Shown in pieces: positions 49,342 to 61,025 of a DNA stretch of 64,000 nucleotides. This DNA comes from Torpedo marmorata (Eukaryota). Below the pieces are notes generated by a model, which saw only the letters and a program-made list of their open reading frames with translations, was not told the DNA's origin and did no database searches. The stretch spans positions 57,350,001-57,414,000 of the forward strand of contig OZ360219.1 in assembly GCA_977017645.1 (NCBI GenBank), given 5' to 3'. Within the stretch, counting starts at the first letter, position 1; each line of letters begins with the position of its first letter. The translations under genes and the position numbers were made by a program.

Positions 49342-52300
49342 ATGCAGATGTATACGTTTCTCATAATTGGGGACTCGCTGGTTAGAGGAACAGATAGAAG
49401 GTTTACTGGACGAGATCGGAGCTCCCGGTTGGTATGTTGCCTTCCAAGTGCCAGAGTCAGGGATGTCTCTGATTGAGTACTCAGCATTCTGGAGGGGGAG
49501 GGCGAGCAGCCAGGTGTCGTGGTCCACGTGGGGACCAATGACATAGAAAGAAATGGGGATGAGGTCCTGAAGAAGGAATATGAGGAGTTAGGAAGGAAGT
49601 TAAAAAGCAGGACCTCGAGGGTGGTAATCTCAGGATTGCTGCCTGTGCCACGTGCTAGAGAGGGTAGGAATAGGAAGATGTGGAGGATGAATGCGTGGCT
49701 AAAGAGTTGGTGCTGGGGGCAGGGGTTCACATTTGTTGATCATTGGGATCTCTTCTGGGGAAGGTCTGACCTGTACAAAAGGGACGGGCTGCACTTGAAC
49801 TGGAGGGGGACCAATATCCTGGCAGGCAGGTTTGCTAGAGCTGTTGGGGAGGGTTTAAACTTTTTTGGCAGGGGAGTGGGAATCAGAATGTAAATGCGGA
49901 GAGTAGGGTAGAAGAACACCTAGATTTGAAGGAAGAGAGAAACCAGAATGTTAAAGTTAATGAAGGAGAGGGTAATCAAAGGAGTGTATGTGGGGGACAT
50001 TCTCTCAAGTGTATATATTTCAATGCAAGAAGCATTGTAAGAAAGGCGGATGAGCTTAGAGTATGGATTGATACATGGAAATATGATATTGTAGCCATCA
50101 GTGAAACTTGGTTGCAGGAGGGGCATGATTGGCAGCTAAATATTCCTGGATTCCGTTGTTTTAGGCGTGATAGAACAGGGGGGATAAAAGGTGGAGGGGT
50201 CGCAGTGCTGGTTAGAGAAACCATTACAGCAGTGCTATGGCAGGATAGATTGGAGGGCTCATCCAGTGAGGCTATTTGGGTGGAATTGAGGAATGGGAAA
50301 GGCATGAAAACACTAATGGGAGTGTATTATAGACCACCGAATGGGCAGAGGGAATTAGAGGAGGACATTTGTAAGGAGATAGAATATATGTGTAATAAGC
50401 ATAAGGTGGTGATTATAGGTGATTTTAACTTTCCACATATTGACTGGGACACCCATACTGTAATAGGGCAGGATGGGTTGGAGTTTGTCAAATGTGTTCA
50501 GGAAAGTTTTCTAAATCAATACATAGAAGAACCAACGAGAGAGGGGGCAGTATTGGATCTCCTATTTGGGAACGAGATAGGTCAGGTGACAGAGGTTTGT
50601 GTTGGGGAACACTTTGGGTCTAGTGATCATAATACCATTAGTTTTAGGTTGATAATGGAGAAGGATAGGGCTGGGCCTAAGGTTGAGATTCTTGATTGGA
50701 ATAAGGCAAATTTTGAGGAGATGAGGAAGGATTTAGAGGGTGTGGATTGGGATAATTTATTTTTAGGAAAGGATGTCACAGATAAATGGAGGATATTCAA
50801 AGGGGAAATTTTGAGAGTAAAGAGTCGGTTCGTCCCTGTGAGGATTAAAGGAAGAGTTAGAAAATATAGGGAGCATTGGTTTTCAAAGGATATTGGGAAT
50901 TTGGTTCAGAGGAAGAGGGATGTGTACAAAAGGTATAGACAGCAGGGAATAGATGAGGTCCTTGAGGAATATAAGGAGTGTAAAAAAAATCTTAAGAAAG
51001 AAATTAGAAAGGCTAAAAGGAGATATGAGGCTGCTTTGGCAGGCAAGGTAAAAATAAATCCAAAGGGTTTCTTCAGGTACATTAAAAGCAAAAGAATAGT
51101 GAGGGATAAAATTGGGCCCATTGAGGATCAGACGGGTAGGCTATGTGAGAAGTCAGAGGAGATGGGGGAGATTTTAAATGAATTGTTTTCTTCAGTATTT
51201 ACAAAGGAAAGGAATATTGAGCCAGTAAGGCAATCTGGCAGGGAGGTCATGGATAATATAAAGATTAATGAGGATGTAGTATTGGCTATTTTAAAGAGTA
51301 TAAAGGTGGATAAATCTCCAGGTCCTGACAGGATATTCCCGAGGACCCTGAGGGAGGTTAGTGTACAAATCGTGGGGGCTCTGACAGAAATATTTAAAAT
51401 GTCACTGGCCACGGGGGAGGTGCCGGAGGATTTGAGGGTAGCTCATGTTGTGCCGCTGTTTAAGAAGGGCTCCAAAAGTAAACCTGGAAATTATAGGCCT
51501 GTGAGTCTGACATCGGTGGTGGGTAAATTAATGGAGAGTGTTCTGAGAGATGGTGTATACAGTTATTTGGAAAGACAAGCATTGATTAAGAGTAGTCAAC
51601 ATGGTTTTGTTTGTGGTAGATCATGTTTGACAAATCTCAGAGTTTTTCGATGAGGTTACTAAGAGGGTTGACGAGGGGAAGGCTGTGGATGTTGTCTATA
51701 TGGACTTTAAGGAATTTGACAAGGTTCCGCATAAAAGGCTCGTTAGGAAGATTCCAGCATTAGGTATTAACGACGAAGTAGTGAAATGGATTCAACAATG
51801 GTTGGATAGGAGATGCCAGAGAGTAGTGGTGGAAAATTGTTTGTCAAATTGGAGGCCGGTGACTAGTGGAGTGCCTCAGGGATCGGTACTGGGTCCATTG
51901 TTGTTTGTCATATATATTAATAATCTAGATGATAGGGTGGTAAATTGGATTAGTAAGTATGCAGATGATACAAAGATTGGTGGTGTTGTGGACAGTGAAG
52001 AAGGATATCAAAGCTTGCAGGGGGATATTGGACAGTCAGAAGAGTGGGCGGAAACATGGCAGATGGAATTTAATACTGATAAATGTGAGGTGCTACATTT
52101 TGGTAGGATTAATCAGCAAAGGTCATACATGTTAAATGGAAGACAATTGAGAAGTGCAGTAGAACAGAGGGATTTAGGAATTCTGGTACATAATTCCTTG
52201 AAAGTTGAGTCACACGTAGATAGGGTGGTGAAGAAGGCATTTGGTATGTTGGCCTTCATAAATCAGAGTATTGAATATAGGAGTTGGGATGTCATGTTGA

Positions 52301-52878
52301 AGTTGTAAAAGGCACTGTGAGGCCAAATTTGGAATATTGTGTGCAGTTTTGGTCGCCGAATTACAGGAAGGATATAAACAGAATAGAGAGAGTGCAGAGG
52401 AGATTTACAAGAATGTTGCCTGGGTTTCTGGGTTTGAGTTATAGGGAAAGGTTGAACAGACTGGAACTTTATTCCCTGGAGCGTAGAAGGTTGAGGGGTG
52501 ATTTGATAGAGGTATTTAAAATTATGAAGGGGACAGATAGAGTCAATGTGGACAGGGTTTTTCCATTGAGAGAGGGGAAGATTCAAACAAGAGGGCATGG
52601 ATTGAGATTGAAGGGGGAAAAGTTTAGAGGAAACATGAGGGGAAATTTCTTCACTCAGAGGGTGGTAGGAGGGTGGAACGAGCTTCCGGCCGAAGTGGTA
52701 GATGCAGGTTCAATTTTAATGTTTAAGGAAAAGTTGGATAGGTATATGGACGAGAGAGGTGTGGAGGGTTATGGGCCGGGTGCGGGTCAGTGGGACTAGG
52801 TGGGAGAATGTGTTCGGCATGGACTCGAAGGGCTGAACTGGCCTGTTTCTGTGCTGTAAATGTTATATGGTTATATGG
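49342..52878 (+). mobile_element. Long CR1 LINE: ORF1 SGNH-esterase domain + ORF2 APE-RT
   Basis: IGDSLVRG, HVGTND, DGLHLN; 575-aa ORF with YFNARSI, ISETW, GDFNFP; KYADDTK; TTATATGG tail. Confidence 0.96.
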
Positions 52879-52981
52879 TTAACCTCTGATAGCACAACCA
52901 GCCAGTGCACCCATTTCCTCCTGTGGCCATTGAACCATGCAAGGGTCGGTCCTGACCCCCAGTCATCCCATCCTTATGCCT

Positions 52982-53118
52982 NNNNNNNNNNNNNNNNNNN
53001 NNNNNNNNNNNNNNNNNNNNNNNNNNNNNNNNNNNNNNNNNNNNNNNNNNNNNNNNNNNNNNNNNNNNNNNNNNNNNNNNNNNNNNNNNNNNNNNNNNNN
53101 NNNNNNNNNNNNNNNNNN
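52982..53118. other. Assembly gap
   Basis: Run of N. Confidence 1.
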
Positions 53119-53783
53119 CTTCACACGCTAGAGACCTTCTCGTGTACATGTTGCAAGCATCACTGTAGAGTGTGGCATATTAACTCTTCACGCAGGAATA
53201 GATAACCGCCTGCATCCTCAGTCTTTCTGTAAATTGGCGAGTTGGCAAGAACTCGAGCATCATGGGTGCGACCAGGCCAACCCACATACACATCTGTGAA
53301 GCTGGAACCACAAAAGCATAATGCTTTGATTGACATGGAAAACACTACTGATAGGTGAAGACAAAAAATAGTAACTTAGGGCATGATCCTTACCAGCAGT
53401 TGTGGTCAACACCAGCTTGAAGAACAATGGAGTGCCACCCTTTTTGATTGTATTAGGCTGCTGCGTCGTCATGTGGGGCAATGATGGGAATATGTGTGCC
53501 ATCGATGGATTGGACACATTGGATCGCCGCCCCTTTCTGCAAACACATCGATTGTCTTCTGAAGGCGATCTCCACTCAGCAGGTCAATGAAACATTTCAT
53601 GAGGGTCTCCCTCAAGGCGACAGTCACTTGGCACACCACCATGCAGACAGTGGAGATACCCACACCAAAGATACAACTGATGGATCGATACCCACAAAGC
53701 GATGGCAAGTCTGAGCCGAGGCTCCACAGGCTTTCGGCAATTTGTGCTCCTGCGCCTCAGTTCTGGTTCGAGGAGCTCCATTA

Positions 53784-54020
53784 TAAAGGTAAAGGTAAAG
53801 GTTCCATTATTGTCACGTAATACTACATTTAGAATATAACATACATGAAATTCTTTAATTTTTGTCTACCGTAAGGCAGAGGGTCGCTACTTTGTCCAGC
53901 GCCCCTCACAGAAACCTACAGCACCTGGTGTCCCCGGCGGTCTCCCCTCCAAGTTCTGACCAGTCCTGTGCCTGCTTAGCTTCCGAGATCAGACAATCCC
54001 AGTCTTATTCAGGCTATTGG
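53784..54020 (-). mobile_element. 5S rRNA-derived SINE (SINE3-like)
   Basis: 53911-54020 reads GTCTGATCTCGGAAGCTAAGCAGG..GGAGACCGCC..GGTGCTGTAGG (diverged 5S), followed by a non-5S body and (CCTTTA)n tail; interrupts the transposase. Confidence 0.88.
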
Positions 54021-54150
54021 TGCTAAATTCAAAAGTACTATGAGACATTCTAAAATGATCACGCCACTGTTCATCATCAAAATTCTCAACGACATTAGAC
54101 TAGAACACGGGCCCCTGTGGTCTCTCTCTCTCCTCCACATTCTTCTACTA

Positions 54151-54610
54151 CAGGTAGTCCTCAACTTACGACCTACGCGAGGTATGTCCACCCGCACATA
54201 CAACCGGATTTTTTTTTGTATTAAAAGTATTGTATATATGTTGAGATTCTTTATTACAGTATTTAATTGAAGTTCATAAAAATCGCATCGCGAAAAAAGC
54301 GGGGTCGCGCTAAATCGGGTTTTCAATAAAGCGTTGTAACAGTTGAAATTAAAACACAGATCAATGGCTGTCTTCATTACCCATAATCCCCCACGCAGCT
54401 GGAACCGCTCTGCGTTTCCCTGGCGCTGGCATCGGGAGTTCAGATGGGTGAGCTGTTCCAACTCGAGCTGGAAACAAGGCTTTAAACTGAAAATAATGCT
54501 GGTGGGGGTGGTAGCAGATATGCGCGGCAGGATGAACCCGACTTACGACCAATCCGAGTTACGATCACCCCTTCGTTCCCAATTACGGTCGTAAATCGAG
54601 GACTACCATT
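54151..54610. mobile_element. Tigger-type MITE, same family as 37337-38183
   Basis: Shared TIR CAGGTAGTCCTCAACTTACGACC and shared subterminal sequence. Confidence 0.88.
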
Positions 54611-56512
54611 ATATAGCCGTTCAAAATGCATCAAGATAACCAGACGTTTTCGCCGACGGCTACTCAGCTCGGCTTGAGTTTCCTCCTCAAAATCCTCCCT
54701 GCTTCTCCTCAATTTTTCCATTAAATTTTCCCACGTGAGAGCACGTAAATGGTCTCAATCAGGCTCCGACACTCTTTGCATCATCTTGTTGATAACGATG
54801 TTTATAAGACCTGCCTGCGTGGTGAGAGAAGCACACATTCTCAAGACAATCATATGGACCGCATTGTTGTCCACCATTGTTGAGAAGGGGAAGATCTCAC
54901 TTCCTGCGAGTGCGTATTACGTCACTCAGGATGTCACCTCTGGAGGATAGGCACCCCTTTGCTCTCGATGCCGGGTGGTGAGTGTGAAAGGGCTCAGAGA
55001 ACCGGTTAACCTTGGTCCAGTGTGAACGACTCTACCGGTATTTTAAAACCGTTCGTTGAACCGCCAATTTAGCGGTTTGCCAATGTGAAAGGGGATTATG
55101 ATTCCAATAGGACCTTTGAAGTTGCCATCACCTGTTATCCCAAGAAAGATGGTGCAGTCTGACGCTGAGCCAGCTAAACCCAGAGCTTGTCATCCGACTT
55201 GAACACCTGCAACCTCCATCAGAAAGGCGAGCTACCAGCCTGTCCTCAAACTCTGAGGAAGCAGTACTCTCGGATTGGAGGCAGGTACTAAGGATAACTA
55301 ATCAATTATTGAATTGTTTTACTATTGGCTAGATGTATAAAACAGGTTTGGCATGTTCTTTTGATTGCTGTCTGTAATTATAACTAGAATTCAAGCAGCA
55401 AAACTGGGCCACTATATTTGTTTTTTCTTCATTATGACTCATGGAAGATCAGCATTTAGTGAGCGAGCCTTCTTACTGAGTCAATGCACTGATTATGATG
55501 AAGGAACTCCCAAAGTGCTGATAGAGGACAGCTCCACCAAAGCACACAAGGATGGTCATAAATGAATATATAAACCAATGCATACATTGGAGGTCACCTT
55601 GTAGGTGTTAGAAGGCCAAGGGATTGCTGGCCTTGTTATTCTAGGTAGTAAAGTTTGAGATATTTACATACTGGTGTGGAAGCCTAAATCAGTGGTTGCC
55701 CTCCATTATGCAGATAGCTCACACTGGGCATTGTAGACTGCTGTGAATGTTGATTGATTGGGGAACAGTAGCAATGCAGCTCCCAAATAAAGCATCTTCA
55801 ATGCTTTTGCAGTAGTTCTCAGAGAAAAGTAGTAATTGTTTTCTAAACCCTAATTGATGTTTTAGCATCCTGAGGTGTTTTGCATTCTAAATTTATTCAA
55901 TGCATTAATAGCTCAGTTCAGAATTTTAGCAATCTCCTGTTTTTCAGATTCTTTGTTTCACACAAGGTCTATGAATGCTCAGTAATTTATTCCAACATAT
56001 TTCTTATTATTCAATATTTTAACACATAATTAAGTGTGTAGAATCCACTGAAATATTGTTATGTCATTGAGCTCATGATAGAACTGTCAAACAGCTATCA
56101 CTAGCATTACCTTTCACATTATAAGATTTGAAAATTAAAAATAGGTGTGTATAGAAAGAACCATATACATGAAAATCATTGTGTTTTGATTCTTGTTTCA
56201 TTTTATTTCTCAAATAAGAACATCTTATTTTAATTTGAACCTGGCCACTGTCAGGTTGTCTTCCATTCTCTAAATATTATGTTCTAAATAGTCAAGGAGA
56301 AAGGATTAACCTTATCTAACCAACCAAAAAAAATGTTTCATGTTTGCAGAATGTGCGTGATTAATCCAGAAGTTCGTGAACAGTTGCTGACAAACGGAAC
56401 TTTTTAAACAGTGACACCCATGATCAACTATGGCAATATCGTCTTTACTTGTTGCAGCTGAAAAATGTACAACTCAATTTAGTAAATAGCTTAAATAGGG
56501 CTCAAAGTATTA

Positions 56513-56714
56513 CAGGTATACCCCGTTTTACGAATACTCGCTTTACGAAAATTTGCTTTTACTAAGAAACCTGTATTCGCTTTTACGAAAGGATTTGAAT
56601 GGGTTTTCGCTTTTACAAAAATAGCCTTCAATAGTAGTGAATGGGTCTTCGCTTTATGCCATTTCAGCTTACGAAAGGTTTCATAGGAACGCTCTAGTTT
56701 CGTAAATCAGGGTA
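56513..56714. mobile_element. Tigger-type MITE whose right TIR is interrupted
   Basis: Left TIR CAGGTATACCCCGTTTTACGAA; right end TTCGTAAATCAGGGTA. Confidence 0.75.
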
Positions 56715-59700
56715 CAGGCAGTCCCCAGGTTACGAACGAGATCCGTTCCTAAGTCTGTCTTAGAATGCATTAAATTTTGCTAAACATGAAGTTATATTCG
56801 ATGAGAGGGGTCGTTACATTATTCTTTCTGGGAAAATCAATAAAATTCTTGTGTTTCTAAATATATATGGACCGAATATTGATGATCCAAAATTTTTTAA
56901 AGAACTGTTTGCCCTTCTGCCAGATTTAAATGTTTATTCTTTGATTATTGGCGGCGATTTAAACTGCTGGTTAGATCCAGTAATGGACCGCTCCTCCACT
57001 AAAACTGCTAAGTTAAGTAATTCGGCACAGACAATTAATTCCTTTTTATTTCAGACTGGTGTATTTGATATATGGAGATATCTGAACCCGACAGATAAGG
57101 ACTTTTCCTTCCTGTCTAATGTTCATCGTTCTTATACTAGAATTGATTATTTTCTGATTGATAAATGTTTAGTGCCTACGGTGGAATATTCAAAATATAA
57201 CACAATTCTAATTTTGAATCATGCTCCTGTTGAACTGGCTTTGAAGGTCATGGACATACCAAATCGTACCACACAGTGGCATCTCAACACTTTGGTTTTG
57301 AATAACCCTGAATTTTTGACTATGATCAAGGAGCATATAGTTACTTTCTTTCAAATTAATTCAGGGAATGGAGTATCGGAATTAATGGTATGGGATGCAT
57401 TTAAAGCATATATTAGAGGTCAGATTATTTCTTTTATGGCCAACTTGAAAAAGAAAGCCAATATGGAAAAAGATAGATTGGTGAACCAGATTAAATTAAT
57501 AGATCTTCAAATTGCTGGTTCACAGAATCCACATTTATTTAAACAAAGGATGGAATTGAAGACACGACATGATTTATTATTAACATATCCGATTGAATCA
57601 TATTTGCTTAAAATTAAGTCAAACTACTATGTACATGGTGAGAAAGTGTGGAAATGACTAGCAAATCAGATTAAACATAATTATGTTAAACAAATGATAT
57701 CTGAGATTAGAAAGGAAGATGGGACAAAAACATTAGATTTGGAAGAAATTAATGAAACCTTCCGCAAGTATTATTCCAAACTTTATAGTTCAGAAGTTAC
57801 GGAACCCAATGATGCAATTCATAGGTTCATAAATTAACTGGATATTCCTTCTCTGCCAATAGAGTTAAGAGAGACTCTGGAGATAGCGGAAGCAATTCGT
57901 AAGCTACAATCTGGAAAGACACCTGGTCCTGACGGGTTTCCAGTTAAATTTTATAAAACTTTTGCAGATTTATTAATTCCTTATTTAAAGCGTTCAATAA
58001 AGGAAAATTACCTCCAACTTTTTATGAAGCCTCTATTTTGTTGATTTAAAAAAAGAATAAGGACCGATTAGATTGTGCCTCATATCGCCCAATATCTTTA
58101 CTTAATGTTGACACTAAAATATTATCTAAGATATTGGCACAAAGAATTGAAAAAATTATGCCTTTAATTATCTCGGAAGATCAGACAGGTTTTATTAAAG
58201 GAAGACATATACAGTACAACATAAGGAGGTTGTTAAATATAGTATATTCTCCAGTGCAGACTCCCTTTGAAAGTGTAATTTCATTAGATGCTGAGAAGGC
58301 CTTTGATAGGGTGGAGTGGAATTACCTGTTTACGGTTTTGGGGAAATTTGATTTTGGACCAAAATTTGTTAATTGGATTAAGATAATCTATGCTTCACCA
58401 CTGGCTAGGGTTGTTACGAATTCAATGAAATCATTGCCTTTTAAATTATCCCGAGGGATGAGTCAGGGATGTCCACTAAGCCCATTATTATTTGACATTG
58501 CTTTGGAACCGTTAGCATTGGCAGTTAAACAATCAGAAAATATTACAGGTATTGTAAGAGAGGGAACGGAAAATAAAGTGTCATTATATGCAGATGATCT
58601 GCTGCTGTTTGCTTCAGATCCTAAAAATTCTGTTCCAGTGATTTTACAATTACTGGATAGATTTGGAAGTTTATCGGGATATAAATTGAATTTAGGTAAA
58701 AACGAATTAATGGTGATAAAATCACCTCATGTACTACCATTTCAAGTTCCTTTTAAGGTACCGGTAGTTAAAAATATTTAATATATCTTGGGGTTAACAT
58801 TACAGTGAAATTTGATTACCTATATAAAGAGAATTTTCTTCCTCTATTGAATAAAGTTAAAAATTTAACTAAAGGGTGGTCTCCGTTAATTATGTCATTA
58901 ATTGGTCGTATAAATATTATAAAAATGAATATTTAACCTAAATTTTTGTATGTATTCCAAGCACTTCTAGTATTTCTCCCTAAAGTATTTTTTGATCAAA
59001 TAGACCCTTTAATTTCGTCTTTTATTTGGAATGGTAAAAGACCAAGAGTAAGAAAGGAAGTACTACAAAATGACAAACCACAGGGTGGTTTTACTTTACC
59101 AAATTTCAGGAATTACTTCACATGTTTTGGTTGTGCCCTAAGTTAGTTAGATTTTGGAACACACTTTTTGTACTCTTTCTTTGGTTTTAACTACTCAATT
59201 AGATCCAAATCCATTTATAGCAATATTTGGTATAAATGATCCTAGTAATCATGATCTTACCAATAATCAAAACATGTGATTGCTTTTTCTTCTCTGGTTG
59301 CAAGGCGACAGATCTTGCTAAAATGGAAGGATGGTCATCCTCCTATCTATGAAGATTGGCTATCAAGTTTAATGTCCTATTTAACATTAGAAAAGATTAG
59401 ATGTTCAAATATTAAATTAAACCTAAAATTTATCAGAGTTTATGATTCCTCATGATTTGAAGTTATATTATTTCTACAGGTCAGTGCAATTCTGGGGTGG
59501 GGGTAGGTGGTAGGCTAGTTTAGATTGCTTTAGCTTTTATAAAAAAATGTATTATGATGAAATTACTATATTTTCTTTTTTTGTGGCTTGGTTCTTTTTA
59601 TACCTATTGGTATTATAATACTAAATTGTAAAGAAAAAAAAATTGATATATAACTATAATGTATACTCTGTTATGGATGGATTAATGGAACATGTGATAA

Positions 59701-60063
59701 TGCTTTTCTTTCCTTTTTTTCTGTAAACGTACATAGTGAATGAACTGTTATATCCATGATTTTATGGAATTAATAAAGAGATTTAAAAAAGAAAGAAAGT
59801 CTGTCTTTAAGTCGAATTTGTAGGTAAATCAGAACAGGTACATATGGTTCTTATTTAGCATCAGTCAAATGTTTGTCAATATATTAAAGAAACAGTTGAG
59901 ATAGAAAATATAGAAAAAAGATCATGATTAAAGGTTAACACTTACTCTCATTCCATCGATGTCTTGCATACTGGAAGGGGCATTCGTGAGGTAACATTAT
60001 GGCAGTCCGTTCGTAAGTATGTGTTGTCCGTAAGTCGGACGTTCGTAACCGGGGGACTGCCTG
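56715..60063. mobile_element. Tigger-type MITE split by an L1
   Basis: TIRs CAGGCAGTCCCCAGGTTACGAAC / GTTCGTAACCGGGGGACTGCCTG; TA TSD. Confidence 0.88.
56762..59796 (+). mobile_element. 5'-truncated L1/Tx1 LINE with an internal deletion
   Basis: NIYGPN, YTRIDYFL, SLDAEKAFDRVEW, QGCPLSP, LYADD; AATAAA + A-rich tail; TSD AAGTCTGTCTT at 56751-56761 and 59797-59807. Confidence 0.94.
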
Positions 60064-60268
60064 TATACCCTTCCATCCATCATACAGTCGTTTTGACCTA
60101 CTACCATCAGGCAGGAGGTACAGGAGCATCGAAACCAGGACTGCCAGGCTGGGAAGTAGCTTCTTTGCGCAGACTGTGAGATTGACGAATGGTATCCTGC
60201 CACCTTGCGTCTCTTATTAATGAAATTGAGTAAATGATTCAGAATCAGAATCAGAATTTGTTGTCATG

Positions 60269-60994
60269 TGTTACAAATTCAAACCAGCAACGACAGAAGA
60301 CGCAATGCAAAAGGGGTAAAATTGAAATTTATATTTATTAAAGACAATTAAACATATAATTTCACAACAATTAACCCCACTATAAATGTCTATAAACACT
60401 ATTCTTATCTAAAAGGTGTGTGTGTATAAAGCCCAGACCATTACAGTCTGTGCCCAACCCTCATGTAAAAATTGAAAAACTTTCCCCAAAAACCCCAGGT
60501 CAGTCATAAAAACAAGTCAGTCAAAAAAAAAAAATACAGTCCACAAAAATTCACTCTCTATGTTCAGGATCCAAATTCAGCTCTGTGTGCTGGCAAGAAG
60601 GACTTCTAAATGAACGTTGGAGAGAGACAATGACTGTTTATGCTTACGAATACTTGGCTTGCTTTTCTTCTCCGATGACTTTCCCTTTTGGTAGAGATTC
60701 ACGAGGATTGCGACTCCAAATCAGTATACCACTGATTGAGGCGTGTACTTGGATCTCACAGCTGGTCTCGCTGATCTCACGCCTGTTCTCCACAAAAGTT
60801 GCTTTAACTCAGGATTTTGCTGAGACAGGAGGCCATGTGCAATTCTCCCAGCCTTTTTCCCTGGGATACACAAGCCTGGATTTTCATGTGTTCTCTAGCC
60901 TTTGCAATTCCAAAACGGAATGCTTTTTGCAGAGGTTTGCACCTGCTTTTGCAAAAGTGCAACAAAGTATCTTTTCCACAGCCTGTCTCTCTCT

Positions 60995-61025
<31 letters not shown>

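Larger units (their letters stand above)
48911..54877 (-). pseudogene. Harbinger DDE transposase (HARBI1-like), interrupted
   Basis: WRDHFRMS, RLAIALW, FGVGISTV, VGWPGRTHDARVLANS, GDPAYPL, MENAFGRLKGHWRCL. Confidence 0.9.
46807..55095. mobile_element. PIF/Harbinger DNA transposon with two convergent genes and several nested insertions
   Basis: TIRs GCCCCTTTCACACTGGCA / TGCCAATGTGAAAGGGG; Myb/SANT gene on plus, DDE transposase on minus. Confidence 0.92.

Noticed and set aside
53911-54020. Functional 5S rRNA gene
   Set aside because: Diverged, missing the 5' end, and followed by a SINE body and tail.
55100-56460. Possible exons of a neighbouring gene such as RXFP1
   Set aside because: Splice-like signals exist but no recognisable coding similarity.
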